From positions 1-41,561 of the forward strand of contig CAZYRH010000002.1 in the NCBI GenBank assembly GCA_964650395.1: a stretch of 41,561 nt of DNA, in the 5' to 3' direction. Shown here one piece after another: positions 35,392 to 41,561 of this stretch. The DNA is from an uncultured Ignavibacteriales bacterium. Lineage in GTDB: Bacteria > Zixibacteria > MSB-5A5 > GN15 > FEB-12. The position numbers were made by a program, and so were the translations under genes. Numbering within the stretch: position 1 is the stretch's first letter; each line of letters begins with the position of its first letter. The notes under the pieces were generated by a model. That model worked only from the letters and a program-made list of their open reading frames with translations, made no database searches and was not told where the DNA came from.

Positions 35392-37566
35392 ATGTATATT
35401 ACAACTCTGAATATGAAGAGAAAACGAATCCAGATAACAATTGTGCTCGCGATACTGCTGGCAGGATCTCTTTCGCTGGCAGTTCTGTATCTGGCTGGCT
35501 GTACTGATAGTCTCAACGGTGAGGTTTATGCAAACCAAAAACCAATCGTGTATTTTGCCAATATCCCGCCGGAGGGGCAAAAAACCGGTCGGAACCTCAT
35601 TGTCTACTGGTATGGAACCGATCGGGACGGCTTGATAGACAGCTACCGCTATTATGTGGCGACGGTAGCTGATGTAGGTTCGGCAGTGCCTGAGGATTAT
35701 ATCCTGGCAGTTCCCGATTCGGACTGGACCTATATCGATGTAGACCCAGCGCTGTCTGACCCCCACACGCAGAATACTATTGTGTTGACTGCGGATTTGA
35801 ATGATCCAGTGAATTCGTTTGTCGCTCAGTGGGTTTTCATACAGGCGTTTGATATGGAAGGACTCAGTTCTGACATCGTGTTTCGTCTTTATTCACGTAA
35901 TGACAATCCACCGGAAACAGGTATTCTCGACTTTTCAACTCTGATTCCCTTTGTTGACGGCGATTCTGGCGGTATTGTGACCGGGGTAAGACTGAATTGG
36001 GATGGGTCGGATCCTATCGATTATCCCAGAGAGCCGCCGGTGCTGGAGTTCCAATGGCGTCTTTACGGTCCTTATGATTCTGCATTTTTTAAGGACACCG
36101 TGCTCGGTTCTTTTGTCAAGCCGGTATATGTTGGGAGGGACGGAAGACTATATAATCTAGGTGACACGGTGGAGTTTTGTGATTCACTGCCCAGTGGCAC
36201 TCAGTGTACTACTATAGTAGTCACCGCGGCTACTCAGGCTTCGGCGTATGGGCAGCTCGAAGATAAGTTCTTTGTTGACGACCCGGACTTCATTAACAAT
36301 CCGGCTCTTAATTTACCCGTTGATAGCTCGTTCAATGGAGTCGATCCCTGGGTGACTAATAAAACCACTACCATCTACAACGTCTACCGTAATTATTTTT
36401 CCGATACAACGGTTCAAATGCAGTTCATATTCTGGGTACGTAGCCGTGATGATGCCTACGTGGCCGATCTAGTGCCTGCCTTTGACAACTTCCCGGTTAT
36501 CAGCCCCAGATATGAGCGTGATGTCGCGGTGCTTGATTTTGCCGGATCCCCAATAGATAATGTAGTCCTTCCTTCCCTCAATACTCAGCGTACGGTATAT
36601 TGGTATAACGCAATCAGAAGGTGGAACCCCAATGTTGTCTTTGATACATCGGGCGTGGGTTCAATTTCGGGAGCTTCACCTGATTACCTTGATGTTTCCA
36701 AGGTATCAGATATCCCGCTGGCAATGCTTTTAAAACACAAAGTCCTCATTTTGTATGACGATAATATCTTTAGCAACACGTTCGCTGGTCGCCAGGGTAA
36801 CATCATTTACAAAGCGATTGATGCCGGAATAAACGTATGGTTGACGATGCGCGCTTCTATGAATAGCGGCCAGGGCAATGGGGAACCTCTGTGGAATTAC
36901 ACCCCTCCTTATGACTATTTGTGGTATTTCGGGGTTAGGAAAATTGTTTTCTCCGGCTGGTTCTGTCATGCTGTCGGCAGCGCAGAAACCGGAGGATGTT
37001 ACCCGCCAATGACGTGTAGCCATGCGCGGATTGAGGACTTTATGGGGGCTTATCCCCTCAAGCCGACGTGGCCTGCCATTGATATTGATACGGCTTTATT
37101 ACACACCCGTTACGGGTGGAATTATCCCGATCCCGCTTACCAGCCCTGCTTGGAGTTCATGCCGGAGCATACCGGCCTGCCGGAAGTAGATTGGAGTGTC
37201 AGATTGCCTACCACTGAAGGCTTGTATTTGTATAAGTCTTTCTATACTGACACGATTGGGTCGCCCGGCAATCACCCCCTGGGTGGGAATTATAACATGG
37301 AAGGGAATCCAGTTGCTCATCGGTATAACTCCGGTCTATTCAAAACGGTGCATTTCAATTTTACCCCGCTTGCGATTGACTCTGTCCAGATGCAGATCGT
37401 CATTGACAGTGTGCTGAATTGGTTGTATAAACCTATTGCATCGCCGACCAGCACTGTCCGCTATCCTGATGCGCCCGCGAAACTATCGGTATCCCAGGAG
37501 CGGGAGCGGTACTGGAGAAGATGTGAAGAACGGGCAAAAGAACAGGGAACACCCATGCTTCACTAA
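35392..37566 (+). CDS. large lipoprotein of unknown family (724 aa)
   Basis: A canonical lipobox (LYLAGC) follows a basic N-region (MKRKRIQ). The gene starts 22 nt after the PorV-like gene. The ORF is long, uninterrupted, beta-rich and aromatic-rich, with no motif I recognise. A strong terminator follows it. Confidence 0.8.
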   Translation: MYITTLNMKRKRIQITIVLAILLAGSLSLAVLYLAGCTDSLNGEVYANQKPIVYFANIPPEGQKTGRNLIVYWYGTDRDGLIDSYRYYVATVADVGSAVPEDYILAVPDSDWTYIDVDPALSDPHTQNTIVLTADLNDPVNSFVAQWVFIQAFDMEGLSSDIVFRLYSRNDNPPETGILDFSTLIPFVDGDSGGIVTGVRLNWDGSDPIDYPREPPVLEFQWRLYGPYDSAFFKDTVLGSFVKPVYVGRDGRLYNLGDTVEFCDSLPSGTQCTTIVVTAATQASAYGQLEDKFFVDDPDFINNPALNLPVDSSFNGVDPWVTNKTTTIYNVYRNYFSDTTVQMQFIFWVRSRDDAYVADLVPAFDNFPVISPRYERDVAVLDFAGSPIDNVVLPSLNTQRTVYWYNAIRRWNPNVVFDTSGVGSISGASPDYLDVSKVSDIPLAMLLKHKVLILYDDNIFSNTFAGRQGNIIYKAIDAGINVWLTMRASMNSGQGNGEPLWNYTPPYDYLWYFGVRKIVFSGWFCHAVGSAETGGCYPPMTCSHARIEDFMGAYPLKPTWPAIDIDTALLHTRYGWNYPDPAYQPCLEFMPEHTGLPEVDWSVRLPTTEGLYLYKSFYTDTIGSPGNHPLGGNYNMEGNPVAHRYNSGLFKTVHFNFTPLAIDSVQMQIVIDSVLNWLYKPIASPTSTVRYPDAPAKLSVSQERERYWRRCEERAKEQGTPMLH

Positions 37567-37622
37567 GGTACCGAAGCCGAATAATTCTGCCTGTAGATAT
37601 TCAAAAGCTTGGATAGTTGCAG

Positions 37623-37652
37623 AGGGGCTGAAGAAATTCAGCCCCTTTTTTA
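37623..37652 (+). terminator. rho-independent terminator of the outer-membrane operon
   Basis: A perfect 10-bp GC-rich stem with a GAAA loop (AGGGGCTGAA-GAAA-TTCAGCCCCT) is followed by TTTTTT. It overlaps the stop codon of the convergent GT39 gene. Confidence 0.78.
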
Positions 37653-39863
37653 CTGGTCCAAGTATTCCTGCAAATGATGGAGATGCTTGTTGGTGGGGAA
37701 CTTGCCAAGAGCAATTGCCAGCACCGAGTCGGCCTGGTGCGGTTGCCCCGTTGCGAGAAGCCCGCTGATCAGATTCACGTATGCTTCAACAAGGGTGGAA
37801 TCACCCCGAATAGCCAGGCTGCTGTATCGTACTGCGTCATGGTAGCGCTTACGAAGCCCGTTGATATAACCGAGTTGGTAGTTAGCTCTGGCTTGTTCCT
37901 TTTTCCACCTCTGGGGGCTGTTGATAAAGTTTGGTGTAAATGCTTCGTCGTCGGTCTCAATGGGCGGAGGTTTGGCGTTTAAGGCTTTCAACAGTAGAGA
38001 TTCTGCCCATTGAAGACTGCCTCTCTGAGCCAGCAAGGCAGCAGCATCATTCAACAGATAAATATTGTCGTCGGTACTTTCAGCAGCACGGGTTGCCATA
38101 TGTGCCAAGCTGTCGTTGTTTATCTCTTGCTTAGCCGACGTGGCTCGCAAAAACACTATGTTGGTAGTGACATCATACGGTTTGTAGTATAGAGCCCGCT
38201 CTATCTCGGTAAGAGCTTTGCCATACTGTCCGTTCATCAGATAGAGTGAGGCCAAGTCGGTGTAGGCTTTTGCCCGCTTGGGATTAAATTGTTTCTCTCT
38301 CTCAAAATAGTAGCGGGCCGAATCCTCTACCCCGAGTTTGAAGTAACAAGCACCCATATTTAGATTCACCTCAGGGAAAGTAGAGTCAACTGTGAGAGCC
38401 AGCCTTTCGTAATAAGCAGCTTGGTGGTAATCTCCCTTGGCGTAATAGTACAGTCCCCTGGAAATCAACGGCAAAGGAGAGCTTCCTTTTGGAAGTGGAA
38501 CGAGTGGATAGAATGAAAAGAGCGCTGCACCAAAGGCGGCGAGCAAAAGCCCGAGGCTGAATTTCTGCTTCGATCTCAAGTGATGAATCAGAGTAACAAG
38601 ACCAAAAGCCGACAGCACGAGGTAGTAAGGTACTAACGGTAAGCGAAAGCGACTGTTGAAAAAAAAGATTGAGGTAATAAGGACATAAGCAATAATTGAC
38701 AACGATAGCAACCTTACTTGTGAGCGCTGTTTAAACCCTGCTACAATTGCCACCAGCGTCAACATAAACAGGATACCGAAGGATAGGGGGTTATATTTAA
38801 GAATCGGTACCTGGTTAAAAAACCAACCGAGGTTGCGATTGTTGGATATTTCACGGTTGGAGAAGCTGTAATAGAGTTTCTTCAAGTACAGCTTTGTGAA
38901 CGCCAACGGATTCTTTGTCATCCAGTTGAGCGATTTGTTCGCCCAGTAGGAAGAGACTTCGCCGGGCTTCAGTCTTTTCCCCGCCTCCTGCTGCGCCAGA
39001 TAGGTAACCTCTTTGATACTCCAGTTGTGACCCAGCGGCTCCGGAAGAACGGCCGAGACACCGTCAGCAGCGTTATTGTTGCCGATATACAAGTTAATTC
39101 CTCCCTGCGAGGCGATGAGGACAGGGTCGTCGGCAACAATGAGATTACGCACCAAGAGGGGAGCAATCACCAGCGACGCCGCGAGGATAAAGACTATCGT
39201 TTGCTTCACCCATAGGCGTGCTGGTTTGAAGGTTAGAATAAGGAGAAACACAATGAGGGGGATGAAGATGAGGGCGGTGGGGCGCGTTATTGAGGCCAAT
39301 CCCACCAGCAGACCGGTCAAAAGTGCATCTTTTGTCTTTTTACTTTCCCACCAGATCAGTAGGCGGTAAACGGCCAGTTGCAAAAGCAGAGTAAAAAGGG
39401 GGTCCAGCAGCAGTTCTGATTCGAAGTAAATCATCACCGGATAAATGCTCTGCAACAATGCGGCTATCAGGCCAACCTTTGTGTTGAAAATTCTTCTCCC
39501 CAGCAGATAGGTCATGGCCACCGATCCAAGACCGACCGCCAAGCCAAAAAGCCGCCCTACCCACAGGGAAGTTCCCCAAAGGGCATAAAGAAAAGCAAGA
39601 CAGAAAACGTAAAAGGGAGCTCTGAAATAGGTTGTATCACCTAAAATGTTCCCTTCGGCGATTGATTGTGCCCAGTGATGGTGGTAGTAGTTGTCAACTG
39701 TCAGTTGGCTCCAATCGGGCATATTATGGTAGTAGATGAGGTAGCATACTCTTACCACTAAAGCCAAAGCAAGCACGACCAGGAGCCCTTGATTAGCTCT
39801 GAGAGCGTTACGAACCCCTTTGACAACTGAAGTCATGGCTGAAATATAGACTTTGGCTGACAA
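37650..39863 (-). CDS. GT-C glycosyltransferase (family 39 / ArnT-PMT-like) with C-terminal TPR domain
   Basis: The N-terminal 450 aa or so are polytopic, with about 12 hydrophobic helices, and carry the early motif GDTTYFRAPFYVFCLAFLY. The C-terminal 280 aa or so are TPR-like (YYYAKGDYHQAAYYERAL..., NGQYGKALTEIERALYYKP). The start may be the TTG at 39863 or the ATG at 39836. Confidence 0.85.
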   Translation of the reverse strand: MSAKVYISAMTSVVKGVRNALRANQGLLVVLALALVVRVCYLIYYHNMPDWSQLTVDNYYHHHWAQSIAEGNILGDTTYFRAPFYVFCLAFLYALWGTSLWVGRLFGLAVGLGSVAMTYLLGRRIFNTKVGLIAALLQSIYPVMIYFESELLLDPLFTLLLQLAVYRLLIWWESKKTKDALLTGLLVGLASITRPTALIFIPLIVFLLILTFKPARLWVKQTIVFILAASLVIAPLLVRNLIVADDPVLIASQGGINLYIGNNNAADGVSAVLPEPLGHNWSIKEVTYLAQQEAGKRLKPGEVSSYWANKSLNWMTKNPLAFTKLYLKKLYYSFSNREISNNRNLGWFFNQVPILKYNPLSFGILFMLTLVAIVAGFKQRSQVRLLSLSIIAYVLITSIFFFNSRFRLPLVPYYLVLSAFGLVTLIHHLRSKQKFSLGLLLAAFGAALFSFYPLVPLPKGSSPLPLISRGLYYYAKGDYHQAAYYERLALTVDSTFPEVNLNMGACYFKLGVEDSARYYFEREKQFNPKRAKAYTDLASLYLMNGQYGKALTEIERALYYKPYDVTTNIVFLRATSAKQEINNDSLAHMATRAAESTDDNIYLLNDAAALLAQRGSLQWAESLLLKALNAKPPPIETDDEAFTPNFINSPQRWKKEQARANYQLGYINGLRKRYHDAVRYSSLAIRGDSTLVEAYVNLISGLLATGQPHQADSVLAIALGKFPTNKHLHHLQEYLDQ

Positions 39864-40077
39864 AATAGCCTGAAAAAAAATGCTTACTTGACACCCTGTT
39901 TATGCAGGTGAAATCATACTGAGCAACCTGTGCAAAACGACTACTGTCGTGATGTAGTTGATGTCCACCTGTTATTCTTAACCTATCTGATTATCCTGAC
40001 AGAAGTTACGTTATAGGGGCAGGCCTGGTGCGCAGGCGGTTGCCATTCAATTCAAGTGAAAATTTGAAAAAGGTTGG

Positions 40078-40093
40078 CGGCATATCCTTTGCG
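40078..40093 (+). promoter_or_regulatory. candidate sigma-54 -24/-12 promoter upstream of the S8 peptidase gene
   Basis: The sequence CGGCATATCCTTTGCG has GGCA, a GG-N10-GC spacing (GG 40079-80, GC 40091-92) and TTGC. It lies about 35 nt upstream of the ATG at 40128. Confidence 0.3.
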
Positions 40094-40127
40094 CCAGAGG
40101 CTCCTGGACTCTATTGAAGGAGGGACA

Positions 40128-41561
40128 ATGCTGCTGAAACCTCAAAAAGTTCGTCATTTGATTGTCAAAACAATAGTAATTTTTCTTCTGTATATGGCGG
40201 TTACAAAGGCCGAATTGTCACCTGCTCTTCAAGAGATGGTTTCTCATCCTGGCAATTACGACTCAGATAGCTCAATCAATGTGGTGGTCTTTTTGGAAGA
40301 CCACCAGGTTAGGGAATCTGTGTCTCAGGTGGCTCGTACGCCGTTTTTGAAGCGGGAGTTGAGGCTCAAGTCAGTTGTCAGCAAGCTCAAATCCTTTCGT
40401 GTCCCCGGCACCGAGACGGTCAGGCGTTTTCTTGAGAACAATTCTTCTTCTACAATACTTCAACACTGGATCGTGCCGGCTTTTACGGCCACAGTTCCTC
40501 TTTCCAAGCTGCAATCGCTGGAGGCCTTGGACGGCGTGCAACTGGTCGTTGAAAATAGTTCCCTGACGTATGAGAAACCGGTTTATATAGCTGAAGCTCC
40601 TGCTTTGTCGGCATCGGTGTCGGATCAATTAGCTCTGTTGAATGTCCCTTACCTCTGGGGCCGCGGATTGACAGGAAAGGGCAGGCTTGTCTGTTCATTT
40701 GATACGGGGGTGGAGCAAGGTCACCCGGCTTTGGCATCCAAATGGCGTGGGAATCATGTCCCGCTTTCGACTGCCTGGTTCTCGAAAGTCGCCGGAGACA
40801 CGCTTCCCAGTGACAAAGTCGGGCACGGCACGCACACCATGGGCATCATGGTAGGCACGACGGTGGCTGATACCTTTGGTGTGGCTCCTGACGCAGAGTG
40901 GATATCAGCCGGGGTGGTTGACCAGGGACGCCCGCTGGGAACAACGATCAGCGATATCCTGGACGCCTTCGAGTGGGCTTTAGACCCCGATGGTGATACC
41001 AGTACAACCGATGACGTCCCTGACGTTATCCTCAATAGCTGGGGCGTTCCGAAGGGGTTGTTTGCGCCGTGCAATGAGACCTTTTATGCCGCCATAGACA
41101 ATGTCGAGGCGGCTGGTATTGTAACCATCTTTTCCGCCGGTAATGAGGGTCCCGATCCCATGACCCTCAGGTATCCCGCCGACCGCGCCTCAACCCCGAT
41201 TAATTCCTTTGCCGTGGGAGCTGTTGACAACAATAACGTTATCGCCAGCTTTTCAAGTCGTGGGCCCTCCTCGTGCGATGCCAGTCAAATCAAGCCTGAG
41301 GTCGTTGCCCATGGAGTGGCGGTTCGTTCGTCTTATAAGGGGAACAGCTACGCATACATGACCGGCACCTCCATGGCTGCGCCGTATATCGCCGGGCTGG
41401 TGATATTGATGCGTCAGTACAATCCGGATGTCACTGTCGAAGAGATCAAAAACGCTCTCATCCAATCCTGCACTGATCTTGGTCCCACCGGCGAAGACAA
41501 CGCTTACGGTTATGGTCTACCGGAGGCATCGAAGCTTCTGGACTATCTGCCGGAGCCGACC
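40128..41561 (+). CDS. S8-family serine peptidase (subtilase), 3'-truncated by the window edge
   Basis: This ORF is not in the supplied track because it runs off the window. GAAGGAGG precedes the ATG at 40128. There is an N-terminal hydrophobic signal or anchor. All three catalytic-triad motifs are present: SFDTGV (Asp), GHGTHTMG (His) and GTSMAAPYIAG (Ser). The frame is open for 478 codons to position 41561. Confidence 0.9.
   Translation, partial: MLLKPQKVRHLIVKTIVIFLLYMAVTKAELSPALQEMVSHPGNYDSDSSINVVVFLEDHQVRESVSQVARTPFLKRELRLKSVVSKLKSFRVPGTETVRRFLENNSSSTILQHWIVPAFTATVPLSKLQSLEALDGVQLVVENSSLTYEKPVYIAEAPALSASVSDQLALLNVPYLWGRGLTGKGRLVCSFDTGVEQGHPALASKWRGNHVPLSTAWFSKVAGDTLPSDKVGHGTHTMGIMVGTTVADTFGVAPDAEWISAGVVDQGRPLGTTISDILDAFEWALDPDGDTSTTDDVPDVILNSWGVPKGLFAPCNETFYAAIDNVEAAGIVTIFSAGNEGPDPMTLRYPADRASTPINSFAVGAVDNNNVIASFSSRGPSSCDASQIKPEVVAHGVAVRSSYKGNSYAYMTGTSMAAPYIAGLVILMRQYNPDVTVEEIKNALIQSCTDLGPTGEDNAYGYGLPEASKLLDYLPEPT

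Noticed and set aside
1-41561. CRISPR arrays, tRNA/rRNA genes, transposases, integrases, recoding
   Set aside because: The palindromic repeats are irregularly spaced and of different lengths, so they are not a CRISPR array. I saw no cloverleaf-capable segments with a T-loop consensus, no rRNA-like stretches and no transposase or integrase motifs. The long genes contain no in-frame stops that would hint at an alternative genetic code.

Overview
This is a 41.5-kb chromosomal segment from a diderm bacterium. A hand count gives 34 G+C in the 60 nt at 16501-16560, inside lipA, so G+C is near 50-57% in the core genes. The gene content resembles uncultivated FCB-superphylum-like lineages: a PorV-like barrel, a CarboxypepD_reg/TonB-receptor-like barrel, FlgD-Ig-type beta-sandwich proteins, two GT-C glycosyltransferases with TPR tails, and two sigma-54 activators. 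That taxonomic reading is inference only. I support about 27 protein-coding genes.

**Gene blocks, left to right**
- Two orphan minus-strand ORFs at the left edge.
- A DUF4159 / DUF4175-like / TPR envelope operon, split by two nested palindromic elements.
- A DUF2723 (TMEM260-type) glycosyltransferase, followed by two translationally coupled Ig-like secreted proteins and an NtrC-type response regulator.
- A minus-strand housekeeping block: dusB, etfA, pdxT, lipA, ispH, an O-methyltransferase and an ArsC/Spx-family gene.
- A phospho-signalling operon: double-FHA protein, metallophosphoesterase and a CHASE2 Ser/Thr kinase.
- An AT-rich, poorly coding gap of about 1.5 kb holding a disrupted gene.
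- A small acidic secreted protein next to a TPR-GAF sigma-54 activator, then a lipoate-ligase-family gene.
- A tight outer-membrane trio: a TonB-receptor-like barrel with an array of EF-hand-like calcium loops, a PorV-like barrel and an orphan lipoprotein.
- A GT39/ArnT-like glycosyltransferase with a TPR tail.
- A 3'-truncated S8 subtilase.

I found no rRNA, tRNA, CRISPR array, transposase or integrase.

**Most interesting candidates**
- The outer-membrane trio.
- The secreted-peptide / TPR-activator pair.
- The DUF2723 plus Ig-like substrate-candidate pair.
- A dispersed palindromic intergenic repeat family.

All family calls rest on motifs read by eye and need HMM confirmation.
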